NCBI GenBank assembly: GCA_020184695.1
Contig: JAANOX010000245.1
Coordinates: forward strand, 186,001 to 250,000
From: Histomonas meleagridis 2922-C6/04-290x
Lineage: Eukaryota > Protista > Parabasalia
Length of the DNA stretch: 64,000 bases
Reading direction: 5' to 3'
Below, one piece after another: positions 35,451-45,730 of the stretch (its first letter is position 1; each line of letters begins with the position of its first letter). The notes below the pieces were generated by a model. That model did not search any database and had not been told where the DNA came from. It saw only the letters and a program-made list of their open reading frames with translations. Made by a program: the position numbers and the translations under genes.

Positions 35451-36689
35451 ATGAGAAGTGAGAACGAATTTTCGAATTCTTATGAAGAAGAAAATGATTC
35501 TGACAGCTACTCATTCGAAACGCGAAAGATTGATGCTGATGGTTTTGATGATATCGATTATTTTTGGAATATGGAGATAGCAAAGAAAACGCAAGGCTCC
35601 CCATTATCAAGCAAAGTACTTGCATCACTTAGCTTCAAAAAAAAAGGAATCCAAGAAAAAACAAAAACAAAGAAAATGATAAAGGAACTACCTAAACCAG
35701 ATTTCTTACCTACAGACCAGCCTTGGGGAGATAGCTTTAAGCAAGAAAAGACAGCTCACCCACTAAAAGAAGAAATTTATCAATGCGAACATTTTCCAGA
35801 TCAAAACGCAAAAGAAAAAGAAGACAGCCTCACTTCAGAAAGTGATCTTCTTGAGGGTTTAGATACATCAAACTCCCCTGAATATATGTCAAAATCAAAA
35901 TCATCAAGGAAAATAAAAAGGACAAAGCCAACAACAGAAGCAGAACACCACAGCTCAAGTGCAACCAAAGGAAAAAATGAAGAAAGCAATTCTGATTACA
36001 TGTCAAAAAGCGCATTTCGCTTAACAGAAAATACAAAAGTAACCAAAAGAACAAAAACTACAGCGCCAAAACCATCAAAACCAGAGCCTTTAATTCGATC
36101 AGAAGTAAATACAAAAATCGAATTACAATCAAAACCTCCAAACGAAACAACCACAGAAACAAAGCCAAATCAACGAACAAAGTGTAAGACAAAAGTTTCA
36201 CCAAAATCAAATTCATCAGATAACACCATTCAAAAAGACGTTACAAGAAATGACGACCAAAACGATGACAATGATCTCCCAATTGCACTCAGACGTAAAA
36301 AACGTATTCATCTTAAACCACTTCGTTATTGGCTTGGCGAGAAGCTCGTTTACAAACCGGATGATTCAGGACTTTACTCGATTGAAAAAGTGGTGAAGGT
36401 CAAAACCGAAACCGCCAAAGCCACAACCGCTGTAAAAGTGCCCAAAACAAAAAAGAAGATAACAATACCTATAAATGAGTCATATGAACTGCCTACTGAA
36501 GATTTCCCACGTGAGATAATGCATATTAAGGGCATTGGAGTTATAAAGTATAATAAGAGGAATATAAAAATTGCATCATCAAATGTCAAGAAACATCCAT
36601 CGTTCACAATTCCGGCGAATCGGTCGTGCACCATCCGGAACACAAGTGAAAACTCTTCTTTTCGGGTACTTATTTCATGTTTGAGCTGA
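35451..36689 (+). CDS. CENP-C/Mif2-like kinetochore protein
   Basis: Long disordered K/S/T-rich region, CENP-C motif RRKKRIHLKPLRYWLGEKLVY (36291-36353), C-terminal cupin-like SFTIPANRSCTIRN. Confidence 0.65.
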   Translation: MRSENEFSNSYEEENDSDSYSFETRKIDADGFDDIDYFWNMEIAKKTQGSPLSSKVLASLSFKKKGIQEKTKTKKMIKELPKPDFLPTDQPWGDSFKQEKTAHPLKEEIYQCEHFPDQNAKEKEDSLTSESDLLEGLDTSNSPEYMSKSKSSRKIKRTKPTTEAEHHSSSATKGKNEESNSDYMSKSAFRLTENTKVTKRTKTTAPKPSKPEPLIRSEVNTKIELQSKPPNETTTETKPNQRTKCKTKVSPKSNSSDNTIQKDVTRNDDQNDDNDLPIALRRKKRIHLKPLRYWLGEKLVYKPDDSGLYSIEKVVKVKTETAKATTAVKVPKTKKKITIPINESYELPTEDFPREIMHIKGIGVIKYNKRNIKIASSNVKKHPSFTIPANRSCTIRNTSENSSFRVLISCLS

Positions 36690-37019
36690 AAATTGAAATT
36701 TGCATAATATATTTTCATATAATATAATTGTTATTAATAAATGTTTATGTTTTTTAATTTTATAATCGAAAAATTTTAATAATTCTTAATCATATTGATC
36801 TCAACTAATTCTGATTTTTATGATTTCTTCTGAATAATTATGTTCTTGAGGATACAGCAAATAGTTTAATAGACTAAAAACTTGAGTTATTCCTTAAACA
36901 CGAAGAAATTCATCAAAAAATCTTTGCAATGATCACTTTTCAAAAAGTTCTTAACTTTCATTTGGACAGTTATTTGAACACAAATTTCAGATGGCGGTTT
37001 CGGTTGAACATATCGCTTC

Positions 37020-39326
37020 ATGGTTTCAGGATTTCTTCTTTCTGTAGCGATATTTTATTGTAATGCTCTTTGCGATGAAACACTAGAGATTATAAATAAT
37101 AGTTACATTTCCAATGGTGAATATGAATCAAAAAAAGATACTGTAAAATATTTAATTATTGGAACCGGCGTCAAAACAATAGGATCAAAAGCATTTTACA
37201 ACTGGCCTAATTTAACTAAAGTTACAATTGGTGATTCAGTTGTTATGATTGAAGATCATGCATTTGCTTATTGTTATAAGCTAGAAATAGTAACATTTTC
37301 TGAAGGCAAAAGTTTAGAGCAAATCAAAGATTGTTGTTTTTATTACTGCAGATCTCTCACTGAATTTATTGTTCCTGAAAATGTCACACAGATTTATCTA
37401 AGCTCTTTTTCACAATGCTTTAGACTGAAAAACTTTGTTTTTAATCAAGCAGTTGAATCCATTGGGAGTGAATTTTTTGATTCCTGTATATCATTAGTAT
37501 CGGTAACGATTAATTGTAATTTAACCACAATTCCATTGAAAGCATTTTCTAACTGTTCATCGCTTACCGAAATAACTCTTCCAAACACCATTATAACCAT
37601 CAAAGAAACTTCATTTCTTGATTGCATCTCCTTAAAATCAGTTAAACTCGGCGACAATGTCAATTCAATTGGAAAGAAATCGTTTTGTAACTGCATAAGT
37701 TTAGTTCATATCAATTTTCCATCTTCGATTACCACAATTGAAGAATATTCATTTTATAATTGTATTTCATTAGAAGTTGTCAACATTGAAACAGATCATA
37801 AAGTAACAATTGGCACTTATTCATTTTCTTATTGCGAAAGTTTAATCACAGTTAAACTCAGTGATACATGTTCATTAAGTGAAAGTTTATTTTATAGGTG
37901 TACAAACTTAACTTCAATCACGATTCCGAATGTACAAAATATACCAAAAGAGACATTTCAATATTGTAAATCATTAACAACAGTTTCTATCCCCGATACA
38001 GTTCACCAAATTAATGAATATGCATTTTCATATTGTAAATCATTAGCTAATGTAACATTTTCGGAATGTCTTGAAGTAATATCGAGGTATTCATTTGAAT
38101 ATTGTGATTTCCATGAAATTACTTTACCTGATTCACTTATCACGATTCAACGTTATGGCTTTAATTTCTGTTCGTTTAAATCTTTAATTATGAACAACTG
38201 TAACATCAGTAACATCGATGAATATTCATTTTATAATTGTGATGTAACCAATTTAACAATTGGGAAATGTTATGATTCTATTAAAATAATTATTAAACAA
38301 CTGAAATATTTGAGAAATGTCAAAATAATAAATGTGGATAAAATTGATGGGAATCAATTTAAATCAAATGATTACATAAGATCAATTGATATCCAATCAG
38401 TTACAAACATTTGTTATCAGGCATTTTATTATTGCATGTACTTAACAACAGTTAAATTTGGTAACAATATAACATTCATTGGATCTTATGCATTTTATAA
38501 AACAAATATTAGTGAATTATATATACCACAATCAAATATAAATAATTTGACATTAGATGAAAATTCATTTTATGATTGTGATAACTTAAGAACAATATAT
38601 TTACCAACAGTTATTACTATTAATAAATACGCATTTACTTATTGTGATAAATTAAATGATGTTTATCTTGGTGATAATTTAACATTCATTGGTCAAAATG
38701 CGTTTGGTGATTGTTTATCTCTTAAATCAATTACTATTCCTGATTCTGTTGAACATATCGGGAAATATTTGTTTATTACTTGTACAGCGTTAGAAAATGT
38801 ACAAATTAATGATAATAGCAAATTAACGGAATTGCCCAATTCGACATTTGATGGGTGCAAACGTTTATATACAATATCTATACCAAAAAGTGTCACAAGC
38901 ATCGGCTATTCAGCATTCGAAAAATGTTCGTCGTTAATTCGTGTGGAAATTGGTGAAAATGTTAAATATATTTATGACATGGCATTTTATGACTGCATTT
39001 CATTGCATTGTATATATTATTATGGAACAAACGAGCCATACATTGATAGAAACGCGTTCGTAAACATTAAGACATCGAAAGTGTACGTGTCAACATATTA
39101 CTTTGACTCAAAATTCGGTAAATTTGACGTAGAAACAAACGAAAGAGAATGTGTCGGATACATGCCATCGGATAACGCAGCAACAGTGGCGATAGTGACG
39201 GCATCGGTAATTTGCGTAATGTTTGTTGTAGTGTTGGCGATAGTGTTGTGCGATAGGAATATGAGGAACAGAATTTCAAACGCGGCGAGTGACCGGGCGC
39301 TGTATGATAGTGTGTGTAAAAAGTGA
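37020..39326 (+). CDS. BspA-like (TpLRR) surface protein
   Basis: Signal peptide, about 25 LxxIxLPxxVxxIGxxAFxxC repeats, C-terminal TM and short cytosolic tail. Confidence 0.92.
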   Translation: MVSGFLLSVAIFYCNALCDETLEIINNSYISNGEYESKKDTVKYLIIGTGVKTIGSKAFYNWPNLTKVTIGDSVVMIEDHAFAYCYKLEIVTFSEGKSLEQIKDCCFYYCRSLTEFIVPENVTQIYLSSFSQCFRLKNFVFNQAVESIGSEFFDSCISLVSVTINCNLTTIPLKAFSNCSSLTEITLPNTIITIKETSFLDCISLKSVKLGDNVNSIGKKSFCNCISLVHINFPSSITTIEEYSFYNCISLEVVNIETDHKVTIGTYSFSYCESLITVKLSDTCSLSESLFYRCTNLTSITIPNVQNIPKETFQYCKSLTTVSIPDTVHQINEYAFSYCKSLANVTFSECLEVISRYSFEYCDFHEITLPDSLITIQRYGFNFCSFKSLIMNNCNISNIDEYSFYNCDVTNLTIGKCYDSIKIIIKQLKYLRNVKIINVDKIDGNQFKSNDYIRSIDIQSVTNICYQAFYYCMYLTTVKFGNNITFIGSYAFYKTNISELYIPQSNINNLTLDENSFYDCDNLRTIYLPTVITINKYAFTYCDKLNDVYLGDNLTFIGQNAFGDCLSLKSITIPDSVEHIGKYLFITCTALENVQINDNSKLTELPNSTFDGCKRLYTISIPKSVTSIGYSAFEKCSSLIRVEIGENVKYIYDMAFYDCISLHCIYYYGTNEPYIDRNAFVNIKTSKVYVSTYYFDSKFGKFDVETNERECVGYMPSDNAATVAIVTASVICVMFVVVLAIVLCDRNMRNRISNAASDRALYDSVCKK

Positions 39327-39483
39327 TACATTTGGTAACTTTGCGTTTTTTGCTGTGTTACATCGAAATATGGTCGTAAATTGCTGCTTGGAAATGAAAA
39401 ATATATAAAATATTTCGAAATTTGAAATTATTTAATTCAGCAATTATTATATGTGCATTTGAAAAGGATCATACAGAAATAGA

Positions 39484-39600
39484 GCAATTACTCATTAAAC
39501 AAGAAGGTATTTGTTCTAATAATTTTATATTTCAAAACAATACATGGAAACTATTTCAAACAGCATTTATTTAGCATCTGAAAATGGTAAAACCGAAACT
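39484..39600 (+). pseudogene. Small decayed ankyrin/cassette remnant
   Basis: KQEGI...; ATTTCAAAACAATACAT-GGA (17+Gly), shortened fourth element, then TAF.. and ASENGKTET. Confidence 0.5.
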
Positions 39601-39775
39601 TTATAATTCAAAATAATATATAAAAACAATTCTAATTAATTTGGACTGCTTATTTATGTTAGAAATCATTCGAATCACAATTTAAATTCTGATATTTTTT
39701 CCATAAATTCATAATGAGTCCAGAAGGGCGCAAGCGATCGCGTTCATCCACATTAAATTTCATATAATATTATGT

Positions 39776-40621
39776 TTATTCACCAATTTCATATTCATCA
39801 AACGCACTCCTTCTTCCAATGCTATCGAAAGAGCTTTGACTAATTTTAGCAAACCCATTCTTTTTGCTTTTGGGAGAAAATTTCTGTGCAACGGCAACGA
39901 CTGCCGAGCTCTCGTTCTCCTCAGAGAACGCATTATTGATGATGTCCACGGCATTTAATGATTTGGAGACATCGCATTCAGCTTTTGCAATTTCATTATC
40001 TGCTATCAGCTTACTTTGGAGAAGATTAAGCTCGGCTTCATACTGCGAAATAAGCTCATCAAAGGCGCACTGATGTCTTACTAGAAGTTGTTGGAATTGA
40101 CCTTTAAATTCTTGATCACATTCTTCAATTTGTGGTGGTTTCACTTTCTTTTTAAGTTGAAATGCTTTGTCACGCATCTCAATGGCTTCTTTGAACTGAT
40201 GGGATCGGGCAAGAAGTTTAGATGATGTTAAAAGAGTATCAATTGATTTTTGGATTTTTTGTTTTTCGATTTTGCGGGTTTCACGCCATCGCCTTTCCAC
40301 TTCTTTGAGTTCTGCCATTTGTGTTTCAGCCATTTGATCGATTTTCTTTTCAAGCCTTTCCTTTGCCTTTTGACATTCTTGTTCATATTTTTCCTCATTT
40401 TGTTTTACTTTTTCTTGATATTCATTGTAAAATCTGTTGTTAGTTTCATCAAATTTGAGTTGGTAATTATCAATTGTTTGAGATAAAGTTGATTGCTGTT
40501 CTTTCTTTTTTTCAAAAATTTCCATTGCTTTTTCGAAATCAAGGTTTTCAATTGCTTTTAATTCATCCTCAGTTTCTTCATTTTCCATTACACCATCAGA
40601 AGAATTTGTGCTAATGGACAT
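39776..40621 (-). CDS. Hypothetical coiled-coil protein
   Basis: 281-aa E/K/Q-rich ORF; similar layout to 56046-56909. Confidence 0.7.
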   Translation of the reverse strand: MSISTNSSDGVMENEETEDELKAIENLDFEKAMEIFEKKKEQQSTLSQTIDNYQLKFDETNNRFYNEYQEKVKQNEEKYEQECQKAKERLEKKIDQMAETQMAELKEVERRWRETRKIEKQKIQKSIDTLLTSSKLLARSHQFKEAIEMRDKAFQLKKKVKPPQIEECDQEFKGQFQQLLVRHQCAFDELISQYEAELNLLQSKLIADNEIAKAECDVSKSLNAVDIINNAFSEENESSAVVAVAQKFSPKSKKNGFAKISQSSFDSIGRRSAFDEYEIGE

Positions 40622-41139
40622 CCCTTATTTGTCACTTTTATTGATTAATCTTATTTGAATGCATTTTGATGGGTAACGGATATTTTCTATGGCTTACTTT
40701 TTACAAATGATCACTTTTGTATGTCTGAATAATCCTGTACGTTAACATGTATGTTGAGAAAATTTTTTACACAAAAATCATATATTGCATTATTAGTTAT
40801 TATTATGGGTTGCATTGAAACGCATCTAATAGCCTACAGATTTTAGTTCTTATTTTGAAATTTAGGATCATAATCTAAAGATCAATCATCTAAATTAATA
40901 AAATTGTTTTTATATTTCTTGAAATTAAAACTTAAGAATTAATTCTTCTTCGAAAAGTTGTGTTTGAATAAAGATTTCTTAATACAAGATCTCTTCTGAA
41001 ATGATGAAGAAATATGAAAAAAAAATAAATTTCATTAATTTTTTTTCCCATGAAATCACAAAATAATTCGAATAATTTCACAAAATTTATTTAGATTTAT
41101 AATATGTTTTTATGTATACAGAACATTATTATATATTTG

Positions 41140-42231
41140 TTATACTTCATCATGTACTTCTTTCGAGTTGAAGCATTTCAACGATTTTCCGAAATTATTC
41201 CAAAACTCTGGATCTAAACTCGGTTCATAAAAGCTCAAATTAACTTTCCTTACTTCGATGTTATGCAAGGGGACAGAAGCCACAGTATATACGTAGCCAA
41301 CTCCTGAAAAAAGTGTTGTCATCAAATTGCCAATTTTCCGAGACAATTTAGAGCTCGGTTCTTTTTCAACAATTGTTGGTGTGAAGTAACTATTTAATTC
41401 GTTTCGGATAACGATATTCCATTGGATTTCATTGTCGTCATAACTTTTCGGAATTGTATCTGTAAATTTGCTTTCGAGATTGGAAAAGTATTCTCTTGCG
41501 CTTGTCGACCAGTTTGCATCAACTGTGACATTTGCAATAAAAACATCATCATCTGTTATACTCAAATTTGATATATCTTCAGAATAATTTGAACTAAATG
41601 TATACCTGTTAATTGTGCATGTGCTTCCGCCATAGCTTCCATAAAAAGAAAATAACATTGACGGGTTTTCTGTTGTCATGTTTCCGATTAATGAAAGATA
41701 TGTGGAATATAACATATGAGAATTGAGACCAAACTGCACAATAGACGTTTTGCGAATTAAACTTAAATATGTAATCTCAAGAATAAAAGAAATAAAAAAT
41801 GACACCAAAATAATGATCAATTTTTTGTTTGTACAATTTTTATATAGTGCTAAAGCTTCAACACCAAAAGCAAAAGAAAAGAAAAATCCTGTAATATAAT
41901 GGAGAAAATCGTATCCAATTGATAAGGTATCGAGGAAATTTGAATTTGGGTGGTCTGAAATTGACTTCTTATACTGTGCATATGGGATAACATGAGATAA
42001 AATTGTATAAAAAAATATAATAAGTGAAATTATTGCAAATATTATTGCACTTACCAATTCCCACTTATATATGTGTTTTGATTTGTAATCGTTTGGTAAA
42101 TTCATTTCGTTTGAAGTATCCATTTCTAATGAGATTTGCGTGGTTAGATTTTGCTTCATTGGCAAAAATAGGTAGGTCGTTAAAAACGTTTGTGAAAAGT
42201 TTAATTTTTGCCATTTAGTGAATCTTCGCAC
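41140..42231 (-). CDS. Hypothetical multi-pass membrane protein
   Basis: Three to four TM segments; paralog of 8465-9596; true ATG probably downstream of 42231. Confidence 0.7.
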   Translation of the reverse strand: MRRFTKWQKLNFSQTFLTTYLFLPMKQNLTTQISLEMDTSNEMNLPNDYKSKHIYKWELVSAIIFAIISLIIFFYTILSHVIPYAQYKKSISDHPNSNFLDTLSIGYDFLHYITGFFFSFAFGVEALALYKNCTNKKLIIILVSFFISFILEITYLSLIRKTSIVQFGLNSHMLYSTYLSLIGNMTTENPSMLFSFYGSYGGSTCTINRYTFSSNYSEDISNLSITDDDVFIANVTVDANWSTSAREYFSNLESKFTDTIPKSYDDNEIQWNIVIRNELNSYFTPTIVEKEPSSKLSRKIGNLMTTLFSGVGYVYTVASVPLHNIEVRKVNLSFYEPSLDPEFWNNFGKSLKCFNSKEVHDEV

Positions 42232-42779
42232 AATTTTGTTTTATATTTGGCTAAAATTTAACATTTGTACTATGTTAACAAATGATTTAATATAAGTATA
42301 ATCTTAAAATTCTAATAATAACTATAATATTTTGAATTACAAACAATCGCATTATGATAATAAATTCTACTTCAATATAAATCTTGAATTCAAGATTTTC
42401 ATTATAAATGATTTTGTTTTTGTCTAACTAATAGTTAAAGATTGTGTAATTGACAATGTTATGTTAAAATAGATAAAATGTCAATTGACATCAGAGATAT
42501 TATATCACTTTTTAATGATGAAATTATTAAATTTGCTTGACTACTCCTTCTAAATAAATATAATTCGTTGAATACAATTAGATTTAGTAAATGACTAATG
42601 AATGGGTTGGAAGTGGATTGAACATTCCTTTTTTGCTTGATTTCGTAATTTTTGATTTTGAAATGTTCACGTGAAAATGCGAAATTCAATTTTCATAACT
42701 GAAATATCAAATTTGATTTCCTGTTATCAATAGTTTAGTTGAAAATCATTATTTTTTATTATTGATTCTATAATAATAA

Positions 42780-44000
42780 TCATTCTTCTATAAAAGTTTC
42801 TGTTGCGTTTCTTTTGATTTCAGCTTCCTCGAAGCTCCACACTTTTACAGATGTATCCTCAGAGCTTGATATGATCATCAAATCTCCGTCCGAACCATCC
42901 ACAGCTCTTACATCTATAGCTGTGATCACATTTCTGTGGCCGGACATTTCTTTTAATAAATGTCCATTTCTTGCATCCCAAACTCTTATCGACCCATCAG
43001 TACAACCTGTTACAATGTATGGTCTCTTTGGGTGCCATTTTAATGTCGTAACACCGCCCGGATGTTGTAATGCGTGACGAAGCTGAAAGTCGATGGGATT
43101 CCAAACGGTCGCCGCGCATCCCATTGATGCGGTCGCAACCCATTTGTTGTCTGGAGAGAAAGCGATGCACTCGATTGAGTTCTTTCCATTGTCCATGTTA
43201 CCGAGAATCTTACCGCCATCGAAACGACAGATTTTGACAATGCCAGATATATCGCCAGTAGCAATTAAGGCTCCATTAGGACTAAGACAGCCACTAATTA
43301 TTGGCTCATGATGGAATTGAAGACCCTTGGTTTGAGAAGTGGGACAGCCAGAACCAACTGACCATATCTTTAAAACTTGATCTTCACCAGCTGACCATAT
43401 TTCTTTGCCATCAGGACTGAAACCACCGCATGTAACTGAGCCATTGTGTTGACTGAAAACATTTGTGCAATTTCCAGTTTTGAGATTCCACATCCAGATT
43501 AAACCAGAACTAACACCAGCTATAAGAGTTGGGGCTGTTGGGCAAAATGAAATCCATTCGATAGATTCATCTTCACCGGGGCCTACGAGTTTTTTGTATT
43601 TTTGGCCATTTAATGCATTCCATAAAATTATTACTCCTTTAAGATCACCTGTTGCAACAACTCCTCCATTATGTGAAAACTTGATAACGTTAATACTATC
43701 TTCATGGCCCAAAAGCTCAAATGTTGAAATATCTCCTCCTGTATATAAATGATAAAGAACTGCTTTATCATCACCTCCACCAGATGCAAAAGCTACTCCT
43801 CCAGTGTACTTTTGTAATTTTGGTAAAGGCTGAGTGCGAAAAGCAACACAATAAGCAGCATCTTGATGGAAAAATGTTATTGCAGAATCATCTGGCATTT
43901 CTTCTTCTTCTGGATTACCATCAATTACAACATCACAATTCTCGTTTTCTTGATAAATTTCTTCGTTGTTTTCGTTGGGAGTTTGTGCTGAATCGGCCAT
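42780..44000 (-). CDS. WD40 protein, AAMP/Sqt1-like (uL16 chaperone family)
   Basis: Acidic N-terminus; ASGGGDDKA, GHEDSINVIKFSHNGGVVATGDLKG, GPGEDESIEW; about 8 WD repeats. Confidence 0.75.
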   Translation of the reverse strand: MADSAQTPNENNEEIYQENENCDVVIDGNPEEEEMPDDSAITFFHQDAAYCVAFRTQPLPKLQKYTGGVAFASGGGDDKAVLYHLYTGGDISTFELLGHEDSINVIKFSHNGGVVATGDLKGVIILWNALNGQKYKKLVGPGEDESIEWISFCPTAPTLIAGVSSGLIWMWNLKTGNCTNVFSQHNGSVTCGGFSPDGKEIWSAGEDQVLKIWSVGSGCPTSQTKGLQFHHEPIISGCLSPNGALIATGDISGIVKICRFDGGKILGNMDNGKNSIECIAFSPDNKWVATASMGCAATVWNPIDFQLRHALQHPGGVTTLKWHPKRPYIVTGCTDGSIRVWDARNGHLLKEMSGHRNVITAIDVRAVDGSDGDLMIISSSEDTSVKVWSFEEAEIKRNATETFIEE

Positions 44001-44124
44001 TTCTGCAAAATTTATTGGTCATCAAATTCAATAGAAATAATGACGAATGAAATATTGAGTAAAATATTTTGGCAAAAAATTTTTTTATCAATTATAGCAC
44101 AAAACGATAAAAAACAACTGAATT

Positions 44125-45495
44125 TTGCTATCGAAGAAGAGCAAATCCATTGAAGCTTCAATGGAAGAAAAGGAAAAAAATACAAATGAATGGGAAACTT
44201 TAAAAAGAATTGAACAAATAGTATTTAACTTAAGTATTGAAAATATTAATGATTTCGTATCTTCGGTTAATAATATATTTGATGATAAATATTTATACTC
44301 TTTTAATCTAATTATTAGTCAAATGATATATTTATCATTTGCGGCCGGAACGAGTAATTTTGATATATATTTAAATTTCATGAAGGAAATTGAAAAAATT
44401 GAAAAATCTCAAAATAAAATTTTTGATATATTTGTACAGACAATAAAAAAATAAGAATACTCATGAATCATATTATTTACTAGAAAAAATGTTTGAAAAA
44501 AACATAATTGATTTGAAAGTAGTAAAAAATTTTAAAGTTCCATATTTTTTTCATTATGCTTCAGATGATGAAATCAAAGAAATTATTCAACAAGAAGATA
44601 TGTATCAGAATATCAAAAATATTGAAAAACTTAAAATGAATGATTGGGAACTTCATAAACAATTAATTAAAGAAGGAATTAATCCTAATGACTTGGCAAA
44701 AGTAATTCGAAACGATGATTTAGAAAAGCTTCAAGAAATATCATCACAAAATAATTTTGATTTTAACCAAACTATTGATCCATCAATTTATGAAAGATAT
44801 TCATTTGTTAATGAACGTAGTGTTTCATTAATTGATTATGCAGCATATTTTGGATCGATTAAATGTTTTAAATATTTACATTTAAATAATGCTTTTATAA
44901 ACAACACAGGTAAATATGCAATTGCAGGTGGAAATCTTGAAATCATTCATTTGTGCGAACAAAATCGTTCATTATTCGAAGAATCATATGAAATAGCAAT
45001 AAGATATCATCGAAATGATATCTTTAAATATCTTTATGAAAATGAAATCATTAAACTTAATAATTTAGAAGAATATGGAAAGAAATGTGTTTTATATCAT
45101 AATTATGAAATTTTATCATACTTGCAAAATCAAGGTTTGGAAATTAATGCTTCGATTTTAGATGAAATCGCAAGAATTGGAAATATATTTCTTCTTAAAT
45201 ATTTTCTTCAAGAAAATCAAATTCCTAAAAATTATTTGTTTTTGTCTGCTAAAGCAGGAAATGTTGATATTATTAAAAATATTTTTGAACAAGAAGGAAT
45301 TGATGTTAATGCTCAAGATGATTGTTTGTCTTATAAAATACTTATTTAAATAATTTTGGGTTTTGTATAAATGTTTGGAAATTGTTTACTTTATTTCGCA
45401 CTGCAGATAAGCATGCATCGCGCTGGAGGAGAGGAGGATACTGGATTAAAAATCTAATACTTGAAAAAATGGATGAGCAAAGAAAACCCCAATGA
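44125..45495 (+). CDS. DUF3447-ankyrin gene with a single cassette (45320-45399) and a unique C-terminus; homopolymer frameshift at 44445-44451
   Basis: DUF3447 motifs; cassette decodes NAQD-NWGR-TAD, then the frame stays open for 31 codons to TGA 45493-45495. Confidence 0.75.
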
Positions 45496-45730
45496 ATTGT
45501 ATTATCCTCAAAGAAAATATGAACACTTCTTACTTTTAACAATTTGAATAAATGTTGAATAAGTATATTTCTTTGGAATTAATTTAATTTTTGTTCAAGA
45601 AGTAATTTTACTATTTCATCATTATATTCATTTTTTATAAAAATTCTGAAGATTTATGTGATATTTCACAATTAAATCGAATCTGAAATATCATAAAAAC
45701 TAGAAAATTCCACATATAATTTATATTTAT

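Noticed and set aside
9141-44451. Programmed frameshifting at 9141-9149, 44445-44451 and ~7040-7170
   Set aside because: The first two breaks are single-base shifts in A/T homopolymers, typical of long-read assembly error or pseudogenisation. None of them shows a 17-nt signature.
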